Below, piece by piece: positions 1-12,030 of a stretch of 64,000 nucleotides of DNA. The stretch's first letter is position 1, and the number at the start of each line of letters is the position of its first letter. The stretch comes from the human T2T-CHM13v2.0 reference genome, Homo sapiens, in assembly GCF_009914755.1 (NCBI RefSeq), contig NC_060940.1; one strand, given 5' to 3'. The translations under genes and the position numbers were made by a program. The notes under the pieces are model-generated. The model did no database searches, was not told the DNA's origin, and saw only the letters and a program-made list of their open reading frames with translations.

Positions 1-1127
1 CAAGATGCATCCACAGGGAGGAAGCCGGGACCCTGTCTGTGGGTGATGTAGGGGTGGGGGCGTCTCTGCGGGGGAGGGATGTTGGTGGAAACATTTTGAC
101 CAGGTTGGGCTTTTATTGATTGGACACACGGGGTGGGCGGACTGAGGGCTTGTTTGGAGGTGGCCATGTCCTTTCCCCAGTGGTTCTGATGTCACCAGGT
201 GGCTGCCCCTGGGCTCAGACCTCTGGTGCCGCCGCCGCCGCCGCTGTCACCACTGGCCGGGAGGGCCAGGTCAGCCGTTGCTGCGCCAGGTCGGCCTGAA
301 CTTGGCCCTGGGAGGAAAGAGGGTTCCAAGCTGCACCGCGGTTTGGATTTGCGGTTTTCTGTTTTTAGCATCTCCGGGCAGACTCTGTGCCCAGTAAGGG
401 GCCACAGTGGGGTCTGCAGTGCGGCCGTGTTCTTCCCCACCGCTCCCTGTCAGCCTGCCTGTGTGGCCCCATCTCTGGGACCCCTCTCAGACAGAGACGC
501 ACAGGGTCCCTGAGTGGCGGGGAGGCCGGGGGTCTGCCCTGAGTGCCCGCGTGGACTGGGCCGAGTTGGGGCCTTAGTTTCCTTTTCTGTAACGTGGGGC
601 AGAACTCCCGCCAGTCTTCTGAGGGCATTGCCATGCGTGCCTGGCATCGTGTGCTTGTCGCGTCAGTGGCCACAGCAGTTGTCTTGGTTCCCGTCGTCCC
701 TGGGCCTCTCCACCAGCGTGTTTCTATCCTGAGGATGCGGGCCGCACGCCTCCTCCGCCTGGGCCTCAGTCTCCTTCCCCACGCCATTTGATGGTCAGGG
801 GCCTGTTGGGTGATGCGTGGGATCCTCCACGACCTGCCCAGCCTGGACTGCCCTGGAGAGGTAGAGGGACAGTGCTGGCCCAAGCCGTTCAGCATCTGGG
901 GTCCTGGGGGCCTCTTGGGTCTGTGCCGGGTTCCAGCTGGACTCTGGGGACGGGGTCTGTTCTCTCTGCAGCGCTGGCTCTGTCCTGTTCTTGCTTGTCC
1001 TGCTGGAGCCCCCGGGGCTGCCCCTGCTCCCTGCCTGCTGCTGCTGACACCGGCCCTGCCGACCCTGCTCTGGTGCTGGGCGCTCCTGCTCTCTGGGTGA
1101 CCTCTGGTTCTTCTTTTCCTGTTTCAG

Positions 1128-1346
1128 GCATGAGCCATGAGCCCAAGTCCCCTTCGCTAGGGATGCTTTCCACCGCGACCAGGACCACCGCCACCGTCAA
1201 CCCCCTCACCCCCTCGCCGCTCAATGGCGCCCTGGTGCCCAGCGGCAGCCCCGCCACCAGCAGCGCGCTGTCGGCCCAGGCCGCGCCATCCTCCAGCTTT
1301 GCCGCCGCGCTGCGCAAGCTCGCCAAACAGGCGGAGGAGCCCAGAG
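1128..1346 (+). CDS. GSE1: GSE1 coding exon 2 (219 nt, phase 1-1): (G)MSHEPKSP...[16 protein letters not shown](G)
   Basis: Polypyrimidine tract and ttcag|GC acceptor, AG|gtaagg donor; translation matches the GSE1 N-terminus as I know it; exon 1 is outside the window. Confidence 0.97.
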
Positions 1347-4235
1347 GTAAGGGGGCCCGCCAGGCTGCGCGTGGGGGGAGCGGCGGCTCCCGAGGCCGGG
1401 ACTCAGCCTCCCGCCTGCGGCGTGCACGCTCACAGCAGGTCTCGTCTTTCCCACGCCGTGTGCTCTGCATGGAGCAGGCAGTGCTGGCTGAGCTACAGAC
1501 CCTGGGCCAGTCCGCCTGCCCCAGCACCTCCGCTTTGCCTCTGTGCTTCTGTGTCTCCTGCCTCTGTCCTTCCTCGGCCCCCGGAGCCACTGCAGGGGTG
1601 TCCGGATGTAGCGAGGTGCTCCTACCAGCTCTGTGACTTGATTGGGAGGAGGGTGGGTGCCCTGGACCAGGGGAGCCCCAAGAGGCTGCAGAGGGAGAGC
1701 TGGGCCCTAGTGCTCCCCAAGTGGCTCCTTGCCCAGGTTTTGACACTCCCTCCAGAAGTGGCAGAGAACATGGTGTCCCTGGAAACACAGTGGTCTGGAG
1801 CGGGGGTCTCTGGCACAGCTGAACCCACCACTGCTCAACTCCCTGAGGCAGAGACTGTGGGGAGCATAGACAAGCGGCCCCCGGGGTCTGGAGCCTTGGC
1901 TTCTGGTATCACCTGGGCAGGACCTGCTGTGTGAACCTGGGCACGTTGCTGATCCTCTGAGCCTCATTTTTCCTGTCTGTGCAGTGAGGCTCTAAAGACG
2001 CCCCCTTTGGCTCTGGCTCTGGGGTACTTTTTGGCGCCTGCGATGACCATTGGCAGGGGCTGCTGCTGGCACAAATGGGGAGGGGCAGTGGGCGGCTGGA
2101 GCTGCTGGGGGCCTTGGCCATGTGGATTCTGGCCTCGGACACCCTCTGGACTCGCTGCTGACAGGCGGGGGGGCTGAGGAAACCGGGACCCCAGTGGCAT
2201 CCGCTTCATTCACCTCCAAGGCCCACGGGTTAAGATCCGGGTGCCAGGGCCCTCCGGGGTGGCCACAGCAACACATGCAGGAGCCATGTCCGTCTTTACA
2301 TTACCCGGGTTCCAGCTTGGCAGAGGGGACACCTGCCCTGACCAGGGCGGGCTGGGGGGACTTCTCATTTCTGAATGTCTCCTTCCTGGATCCTTTCTGC
2401 TGCTGCTCGTTGGAGAATGGGGGGAGTGTGAGAGGACACACCTGACATTGATGGATGGGGGGTATTGGCCCAGGAGGGAGGCCCGTTGGGGTCTGGTTTC
2501 CGTACCACCAGGGGGCAGCCCCTCGCCTCCTGGCTCTTCCTGGCAAACCAGGCACAGGCAGGACCGCCAGAAAACCCTCCACGCCCTTGGCAGGGGACTC
2601 CCTGGCCACACCTGAGCGGGCCAGGTTGCATGGGCCCCACCTGTGTCAAGAGGCCGGACAGCTGCAGGCAAGATGGCTCAGGGGGAAGCAGACTGCCTGC
2701 CTGGTGGAGGCATCCTGGACTCTCTGGGGCGGTGAACAAGGCAGCTGGGGACAGACCCTGGGAGGAAGCTGAGCTTGGAGTCGAGACTCGGGCTCTCCTG
2801 AGAGGGGTGGAGAGAAGCGAGGTCAGAGCTGGCCCAGCTCCTGCTGCTGCAGTTGTCTTTTTTTCTCAGCGTTTGGGGGCAGGAGAACCAGGGCTGGTGA
2901 GGGATTTCCGAGGCCACGGGCGGCACGTGACTGGCGCTGGTGCTACCTGGGCTGGGTTATCCTTGCATCCTGCTTTCATCCAGCAGCTGTGTCTGCTTTG
3001 GGGCCTCTGGGCTCCACCCCTGGGTAACGCTGCAGAGGACGTGGTCAGGAAAGGGCAGGTTTCCCTCCTCGCCAAGGAAGGTGGTAGAGAGGTGTTCAGA
3101 CTCGCCTTCCCTCCCTGGGCCCAGCAGCGGCCGTGGGCGTCACAGCAGGAGCCTGCTCACAGGGCCGTCGCTTCCTCTCCGCTGCCCCATGCTGCTGGCC
3201 CCAGCACTTGGTTTGGTGGCTCGGCCAGCGGGTGGCCTGAGTGCCAGAGGCCGCTGGTCCCCACTGGCCAGGAACAAAGTGCCGCTGGGCGCCCCTGGCG
3301 GGAGGCCAGACACCATGGCCTCGTGGCCCTGCTCCCTCCCAGCTGCAACCTGGGCACTGGGAAGGGTCCCCCATGGTGGATGCCCCCCAGGAAAGATGCC
3401 CCCGGGGTGGATGCCTGGGAACTGAATGGCAGAGGGTCGGGAGAGCGGGCGAGCAGTGCCACTGCCTGAGCCATGTGCCCATCGGTTCACTCACCCACCT
3501 CACCCCCTATTGAGCTGGGAATGCCAAGGTTTGTGGGGCTCGGAGTCTGCGGATGTGGAGCAGTGTTTGGGTCCTGGAACGCCCTCAGCCAGGCCTGGGC
3601 CCTCGTCGCCCCCACCCGTTTTGATGAATCTCCAGCTGGTCACCCCTGTCAGGCCTTGGTCTGGATGGGGAGGGACTGGGTGACTCGTTCCTCGTGACCT
3701 CAGCCACTCAGTGCACCTGGTCCCCATTCTCATGGAGTCACCCGGACCCTGACCTCACGTTTCCCCGTCCATGGAACTGGCCGGCAGCCCTCCCGGGACC
3801 CTCGGGCAGCTGAGAAGGCCAAAGTTCAGAGAGGACAAGTCGCAAGACGGCAGCCACAGCGGGTGGGGTCGTGTCCGTGTCCCACTGCTGCTGGGCCTTC
3901 CCGGGGGGGGCTGGGAGAGCCGCCGTTAGGACAGTTCTGAGCTGGTGGTCCCGGCGGTCCCTGCTGGAAAGGAAGCCCCCCTCACCCCTAGCACCACTGC
4001 CAGTGGAGCAGGGAGCTGGCGTTGGGCGCACAAAAGGGTCTATGCCTGGCTGTCAGCACGCTGACCCTGCCTCCCTGTGGGTTGTGGAGTCCTGGATGAC
4101 AGTGGGGACATGTGGACCCCCCAGCTCCCCTGTGCTACCCCCCCAGCTCCCTGGTGCTACCTCCCCATCTGCGCCAGAGGGCAGCAGGGGGAACCTTTGG
4201 CGGACTTGGCAGTGGGAGGGGTCTGCATTTCTTAT

Positions 4236-4570
4236 TTAAAATTTTTTTAGTTACAATTCACATGCCATAAAATTCACCCTGTAGAAGCGCATGATTTGGT
4301 GATTTTCCTACACAGTTGTGTGACCATCTAATTCTAGAACATTTGGGTCACCCCTAAGAGAACCTCGGTTGCATTTGCCGTCAGCTCCCACGCCCTCCCC
4401 CAGCCCCCGGCGGCCGCTGTCTGCTTTCTGCCTCTGTAGATGTACCTGTGGGCATTTTGTACACATGGGCTGGCGCGGTGCGTGTCTGGACCCTGAGCGT
4501 GACATCTCCTGGTCCTTGTGGGCCATCTGCGGCGTGACAGCCCTTCCTGCTTCTCGTGGCTGGACGACCC
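4236..4570 (-). mobile_element. Old L1 (L1M, probably L1MB-like) 3'-end remnant
   Basis: Resembles the L1MB 3'UTR antisense pattern (taaaattcacc...cccccagccc...ctgctttctg); highly diverged. Confidence 0.6.
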
Positions 4571-4662
4571 GGGTCGGGGGAGCTGGGTGGGGCCACGAAC
4601 CCGCAGCTGCCTTTCTGCTCCGTCCTGGAGTTGGACCAGTGAGGGCCTCCCCACCTTCATCA

Positions 4663-4779
4663 TGGCAGTGGCTGTGCCCCCTTGATTGCGGCAGTGGCTA
4701 TGTATCGAGTCCCCCCTTGATCGCGGCAGTGGCTATGTATTGAGTCCCCCCTTGATCGCGGCAGTGGCTGTGTATCGAG
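4663..4779. repeat. Minisatellite, 35-bp unit (gcagtggctatgtatcgagtccccccttgatcgcg), about 3 copies plus a shortened first unit
   Basis: gcagtggct recurs at 4665, 4691, 4726 and 4761. Confidence 0.9.
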
Positions 4780-7700
4780 CGCCTGCTGTGCCCCTGGCGG
4801 GCTCGCTGTGCTTCTCACACACCCTTCGCCTCTGGTGGATGAGAACTGAGCCTCCGGCTTGCCCGGGTCCCACGTTGTAAGTGGCATGGGGAATTCCAAT
4901 CCCCAGCTTGTGCCTGAGACTCCATAGACCCCTGCCCCGCAGGTGTAGCCTCCTCCCTGCAGAAAGGGAGACCGGGCCTCTGTGAAAGCCACACCTGCCG
5001 GGGAGTGGGGTCCCTCTGGTGCCTGCCAGGTGCCCAAGAGAGCACCAAGCCCCAGCGGGCTAGCGGCTGAGCTGGCCAGCTCAGCGGCCCGCAGCCAGGG
5101 CTGCCTCCTGGCGACGGCACGTCCTGGGCAGAGGGGGCAGGGATGGAAGCAGGGCAGCTCCCAGAGCTGCAGGGGGAGGTGGCAGGAGAGGTGGCAGAGC
5201 TGGCGCACCCAGGGAACAGCAGAGGCTGTGCTGCCCCACGCGGCCCCTCCTCTGGGTGCCCTGGGCCCCAGCCGCCTGCGGCAAGCCTTCTCACTCACCC
5301 TGACCCTCCTCTCCAGTGCGCGCCTGACGACTTCTGGAAGTGCCTCTCGGTTTTCGCCATCTGACTGCGATTGCCTCCGCGTCTCTCCTCTCATTGTGTC
5401 TCAAGGGTGTAGTTTAAAAATTCAATTCAGACGAAGCTGTGGCATGCGCTGCCCTGGGAGAAAGGCTGGGAAGGAGAGGAAGAGGAGGCCCTCGCTGGGA
5501 TTTATTTTTCTGGAGGCGCTGAGACGTCTTCTCTTCTTCAAAGCTCAGTCACCCGCCCACCAGCGCGGGCCAGACACCCTTCCCCAGGGCCAGCCTGACC
5601 CTTTAACCTACTCACCTACTCACTGCCGAGGCTGGGGCGCTTTGGGCAAGGGCAGACGCTTGCGAATCGCCGATGCATGCCCCAGCACTTTCCTTCCTTG
5701 CTGTGTGATCCGGGCAGGCCGCTTTGCCTCTCTGAGCTTCCACTTTTTCTTGGGTGAGGAGCAGGTCTCTACCTCATGAATCGTGGGGACTGGGTGGGAA
5801 TGTGCCACAGCCGGGAATGGTGGCATGAGTGTCAATGCAGCAGGCCTCCACCCTGGCTCCCACCCCCGCCTCCCCTTCCCTGCCCCCCACCCTAATGCTG
5901 CCTCCTTTCACCTTCCCCATTCTTGCCACCCCCACCTCCTACGTGCCTCCCCTACCCCTCCACCCACTGCCACCCCTTCCCCTGACTCCCCGTCCTACCC
6001 CTGTGACCCCCATCATCTGCCCTGGGAGGGCGTGTGCTTCCCCGGTGGGGTTGGAAGGTGTGGGTCTGCCATGGCTTCCCCCCGTCAATGGCTCTGGGCC
6101 GGGAGCCTGCGGTGGCTTCCTCTGTCCCAGTGGTGCAGGGTGCAGGCAGGGCCAAGTGGCTGCCTGTTGGTCTTGACTTTCTGGGAGAAATGGGGCTTGG
6201 AGTGCCCGGGCCCCACGCAGAACATTCTAGAAGGAGGCTGCAGGTTTGGGCGTGATCCTGAGTTGATCCTGGGTTGCACCCCCAGCCCCTTCCCAGCGAC
6301 CGGCCTGGGCTGCAGTCTGAGCCGAGGCGTCCCTGACCCTGTTCTGCCCTGGTGGCTATTGGTCTCTTTGTTCCTCCCACATTGTCCCAGCCACCAAAGG
6401 GACGTCCCCGGGGCCGCCCAGCCCTCCCTTCGACGCAGCTGGGCCAGCTCCCGCTGTAGCCCAGACTCCTCGGGTGGCACCGGGTCCTTGGGTACAAGCA
6501 GGGACCTGTCCCCTCCTCGGAATGGCGGCCTGGCCACCGCCTCCCTCCCTGCCTCTCCTACCAGGACCTCTTCTGCACAGACACCCAACCACCCCCATAG
6601 GCATCTGAAACCTCAGCCTAGGAGTCCCAAGACTGGGGGGATGGGTCCCAGCCCTGTGTCCCACCCCCTGCGCTGGACAGATTCTGACTCCCCTCTGAGC
6701 CTCCTGGGCTTAGCCTGCCTTGCGGGTGTGTCGGGATCCCCCCATCATCCCTTGTCCTTGGAGGTGCTTTTTGACTGACTGAATAAGAGGTGTTTGCCCC
6801 GAGGGTGCCCCGGGAACGCCTGTGCGTGGAGCCAGGCCCTGTGCTTCCAGCTCCCCAGCTCCACACCCTGAAGGCAGCCCTGAGCCAGGCTGGGGTGTGA
6901 CAGCTGTCGGGCCTGCCCAGTGTCTCTGCAGAGGGCAGGCCGTGGAGCCTCCACCGCCGCCCCCACTGCTGTGTGACGAAGCCAGGGCTGCTGCCAGGCA
7001 CCCTCGCAAGCTGTGTGGCATCTGCTTGCCGTGTGCAGCAGGCGGCAGCCTCCCGCAGGGACGCAGCGCCCGTCTGCCAAGGCGGCCGGGGGCGGAGGTA
7101 CGGGGAGCCTTGCGTGTCCTCAGCTGCTCCAGGAGGCACAGGCAGCACCTGGGACCAGGCACCCCCTCCCTGGGAAACAGTTGGGGGCGATCGTGCTGCG
7201 GGCCTTTGCTCTGGGAGGCCGGCGCTTTGGGAACAGGGTGGCTCCAGAGCCTTCCCAGGTGGGCTGGAGAGCCGCCGTCTGGAGGACAGTTCTGAGCAGG
7301 TGCTCCTGGCTGGCGAGGAAGCCCCACCTCACCCCAGCACCACCCATGGTGCAGGGAGCTGGGGTTGGGCGCACAAGAGTCTGAGCCCGTTCCCACCCCG
7401 CCTCCTTGTCACCAGCCCGGTGGCCGGGACTCATGGCTTCCCTGCCCACACTTCGCTCCCTTAACACCGGCCGGGGGCTCATGGTACCTGCCCTGGAAGC
7501 TGCCAGAGGCCTCTCCAAGCAGGTGTTGGCCGCTGTGTTACCTGCGGCAGGGGTGGCCCAGCCACCCACAGCCCGGCTTGGGCCACAGGGACGGGGCCGA
7601 CAGGTGGTGGCAGTGGGGCTGGAACTGCTCTCTTGTCATCGAGGCCCGCGGGGCCCTGTGCCGCCTTCCCCTGGTGGTGTCTGCTGGCTGCCTGCCTCGT

Positions 7701-9372
7701 CTTGTCACTGGCTTTGCAGGCAAGAGGGGAGGCAGATCCGGTTACTGTCCTGTCCCTGGTGCCACCTGAAACCGAGATCCCACCTGAGTGAGTGGGGACT
7801 ACGTGTGCGGGGACCACGGAGCAGGGACCACAGACCCATCCTCATGAGCTGCCGTGGGAATGCTTCCACCGTGGAGCCGGCCTGGGCGGGGGAGAGGCTC
7901 CCCCTTTCTGCCGCTGCCTCGGAAATCTGCCTCTCAAAGAAAACAGCAAAACAAACACGGAGGAAGGATCCCGCCTGGCAGGCGCGCCTCGCGTGGGTGT
8001 CAGTCTGCGGCGGCGGCGGCTCTGCAGGCGTCTGGAGCCCGTCTGTCTCCCGCGCAGGTGTGAGCGCCGCGGGCGTCCTCATGGTGCCTCTCCGTTCTCC
8101 TGGCCCGGGGGCCAGGGGGCTGGTGGTCAGGGGAAGCCAGAGCCAAAGGGGAGCAAGGCCCACGGAGAGGACCCCACCACCTATCCCGACCCCTTCTCCG
8201 CATAGCACAGTGGGGAGCCCTGGGCAGGGTGGAGGAGCCCAGTACTTGGCGTGTCAGCCTTTGGGGGCCTGTCCTGGGATAATGGAGGCAAGGCCTCCCC
8301 TAGCCACGTGGACATAAGGGTGATTTTTTTCCGGTTTTCCCTGATGCACCCTGTGCCTCCCTGCAGCCCCTGTGCCCGTTTCTTCTTCCTCGTCCTAACG
8401 TCCCACCTCCCTCAGGGTACCTGTCTCAGCTCCTTTGGTCCCACGCGGACTCTCCCGGCTCCATCCGGCTCCCAGGGTCCAGCATCTAAGCTCACGCTGT
8501 TCAGCACATAATCCGCCCCCGGCAAAACGCATCTCCAGCTAGAAACCCGCACCTCCCGCTGTCAGTTTGGGTTTGATGACTGTGGCACGTGATGGCAGGG
8601 TGGGCATGGGAGCCCGCCACTGGCTGACGCCCCCCCCCCCGCCCTTTTGCAGCTGTGAGGTGGAGCCTCGTTGGTGGACGCAGGCCGCGGGTCGGGAGAG
8701 CCCTGCCCTGGGAGCCTTGTAGGGCGGCTGCTGCTACTTGGTCTCCTGCTTCTCCCTGGAACGCAGGGGGTCACGGCGTGACTTCAGCCTTGCGCTGTGG
8801 TGTGCCTGCTGTCCCGTGTACCAGGGCTGCGGTGACTCCAGAAGGTTTCCCAGCCTGTTCTTGTCACTTGTGCGATGGGGACTTCACCTTCCAGACCCGC
8901 ACCATTCCCAGTGGGTGGGGGGCTGATTGGCTCTTTCCTCTGGGGTCTGCTATTCCCGTTCCACTGGGCAGATTTCAAGGAAAGTGGCTGGGGTGACTCA
9001 GCTCCTGTCCCACTTCCCTACTCACTGGCTGGCGGCTTCCTGTGGCTCCCGTGGGCCTCCTGGGCCAAGGGGCTGGACCTCCTCTGGCCGGGCTCCTTTC
9101 CACATCCATGTCGCCACAAGTCCGCCCAGGGCTGGGTTCCCAGGTTTTGGGTGGAAACAGGTCGGTAGGCGAAAGTAGAAAGTGGAGGAGCAGCCCTGGC
9201 AGACACAGGCTCTGTGGACCTGCCCCGCCCTCCCTCCAGCTGTTCCAGCCTACACCGGCTGAGGGCCCAGCTGGCATCGCCGTTGGTGGGTCTGCTCCAG
9301 AGTCATGGCACGTGGCACACTGAGTCTCCTGCTGAGTGGACTCTGCCCAGAGCTTTTCAAGGTTGAGCTGGG

Positions 9373-9526
9373 AGCTGAGCATGATGCTGCATGCCTATAG
9401 TCCCAGCTGCTCGGAGGCTGAGGTGGGAGGATCACTTGAGCCCTGGAGGTTGAGGCTGCAGTGAGGCATGATCGCACTGCTGCACTCCAGCCTGGGTGAC
9501 AGAGAGAGACCCTGTCTCTAAAAATA
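9373..9526 (+). mobile_element. Alu monomer (FRAM/FAM-like)
   Basis: Single right-arm-like sequence ending gagaccctgtctctaaaaata. Confidence 0.85.
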
Positions 9527-11252
9527 TTTTGTAATTAAAAAGAAAATTTTAAACACTAACTTGGGGACAGAACTGATGACAGGAAGAGCCCCCAGGTTAG
9601 CAGACACACAGGGTCCCCTGGGTTCCCACCCTGGCCGGCACCTGCCCCTGCATGGTTGAAAGCAGGGGGCAAAGTGCACCTGGGGACCCTCCTTCCAAGG
9701 GGCTGAGACAGGGGTCTGTCGATCACCCATCTGTTCAAGCTGCCCCTCACCTGTGTCTCCATCGGCAGCATGGGCTAGGCATGGGCTGTGGACACCGGAG
9801 CCGTCCCCTAGGGCTCTGGCCCTGCTAAGCTCTGGGCAGCCCCCGGCCATGGCATCTCACAAAGACGTTCCAGGGACCCTCTTTAGGGAAGCACGTCCGG
9901 TAGTTACCGTTCTGTTCTCTCCACCGTTCCCCTGAGCAGTTGCAGCGGGGCCGGGCCCTGGGGTGGGTCGGGGCCGTGCAGAACAGCGGCTGGGGGAATG
10001 CCTGAGCCGAGCTCGGCTGGGGAGTCTTTACCTCTCCGGGTGCCCTGCCCTCCCCTTTCCTTCCATGCTCGCTGCTGGCCTGGTCAGGGCCTGTGGCTTT
10101 GGGGCCTGACCACGGTGAGGCCACGCCCGCCTCGGTCTACAGTGCGCTGGAGAGTGGTCCTGTGGCGTGGCCCCCAAGCGCCTCTTAAAGACCGATGACT
10201 CTTCAGGGGGTGCCGGTGGTTTTTGCCTGGCTGGGTGGGCCTGAGCCTGGGTGGCTGACAGGTGCTGCTGTGGCGCTGCGGTCCTGTTTTTGCCCTCAAT
10301 ACACTCCCTCGCTGACTTTGGGGTGTCACCTGTTAATTACATCTGCCCGTGGGCCTCAGCGCTAATCTTCGAGGTCAGACAGCAGAGGTGACGCGGACAC
10401 GGGCTGCCTCTTGTCATCTCCAATCCAGATCCGTTTCATTGACTTAACTCCTGGCTGAATACCGCCAGTTAATTACAGCAATCACAGACCTTCCTGCTCC
10501 AGCCACGCGGTGAGAATGAGGGTTCGAGGGCCAGGTGCCAGCCTCGCTAATGGGCCTGGCGTTGTGGGGGCATCGATCGAGGCTGAGCTGGCTGGTCTGA
10601 TGAGTAGCACCCGCCAGCGGGGATTAGGCCGCTGAGTGTCAATGGCCTGCCCTGCCCCAGAGAAGCTCCCCACCCTTCACCCACCCCTCTTACTTCCTCA
10701 CCCGCGCCTCTTTCTTCCTCACCCACTGGTGCTTAGAAACGAGGCTCATTCAGAGACTCTGGAGTGGCAGCTGCCTTGGTCATGGCAAGGGGTCTCTCTG
10801 GGAGGTGGGGTTCAGAGGGATGGGGCAGCATGGGGTCTGGAGCCAGGCAGCTCCAGGTCTCTGTGCATCCCCTTATGGCATGGGCTATAAGGTTCTCCCC
10901 ATTTGTAGAGTTGGGGTACAGAGAAGTCTCTGAGGTTCCTGGGGCTTGGCACGTGGTGGGGCTCGGAAGCTCCTGCTCCCAGCTCCCCACTGTCCGGTCC
11001 CCAGGGAGGACCCACAGCCCACCTGGCCATTGGCCCCAACTTTTCCCCTGGGCAGCAGGAGCCCGGATCATGAGCTCTTGGCAGCCTCTGCCTGGGTGGG
11101 GTGGCGGCTCTCGGTGTGTTGGTTTTATTTCCTTTTTCGGCTCCACAGCACAAATGTCCACATTTCCCCTACTCACAGCTACTGGAATCTAGATGGGAAC
11201 ACCCTGGGTTTGGGCCGGGTGCACAGGAGGGCTTTCCATGAAGTAGGGTGGT

Positions 11253-11569
11253 GGGGCAGGCACCGTTACTCATGCCTGTAATCCCAGCACTGTGGGCAAC
11301 TGAGGCGGGAGGATCGCTTGAGCCCAGGAGTTTGAGACCATCCTGGGCACCACAGCGAGACCCTGTCTCTACCAAAAACAAACAAACAAACAAAAAACTA
11401 GCCGGGCCTGGTGGCACGTGCCTTTAGTCCCGGCTCCTCAGGAGGCTGAGGTGGGAGGATCACTTGAACCCAGGAGGTTGAGGCTGCAGTGAGCTGTGAT
11501 TGCACCACTGCACTCCAGCCCAGCCTGGGCAGCAGAGTGAGATCCTGTCTCAAAAAAAAAAAAAAAAAG
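11253..11569 (+). mobile_element. AluJ-like element
   Basis: Dimeric Alu, gggaggatcgcttgagcccaggag, A17 tail. Confidence 0.9.
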
Positions 11570-11609
11570 AGTGTTGGGCACAGTACTGTTGACAGCGGCC
11601 ACAAGGTGG

Positions 11610-12030
11610 GCCCAGCCTGTATGCCACCAGCTGAGGGACGGACCAGTAAGGAGTGGGTGGACAGAGGCACACAGTGGACTGTCACTTAGCCGCGGGAAGG
11701 AGAGATTCTCTTAGGTGCTGCAATGTGGATGAACCGTGAAGACACGGCTCCCAGTGAGAGGAGCCAGGCGAGAAGGGCCACGCGGTGGGATTCCCTTGAT
11801 GTGAAGTCTCCGGAACAGGCCCTTCTTTAGAGACGGAGAGCCAATGCGTGCGGGGCCTGGGGAGACGGGAGTGGTTGCTCATGGGTAGGGGGTTCCTTTT
11901 GGGGTGACGGAAATGCTCTGAAATGGATTGTGGTGATGGTCGCACAACTCTGGACGTGCTAGAACCGTGGGGCCGCGCGCTGGGTGGGTGAATTACGCGG
12001 GATGGAATCATAGCTCGGTGAAGCTATAAC
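11610..12030 (+). mobile_element. Old L1 (L1MB-like) 3'-end remnant
   Basis: tggatgaacc...ttttggggtgacggaaatgctctg...tggtgatggtcgcacaactctg pattern. Confidence 0.65.

Noticed and set aside
900-1700. Short 9-10 bp complementary segments on either side of exon 2 (e.g. 1031-1039 with 1473-1481)
   Set aside because: Too short and not consistently colinear; expected by chance at this GC content
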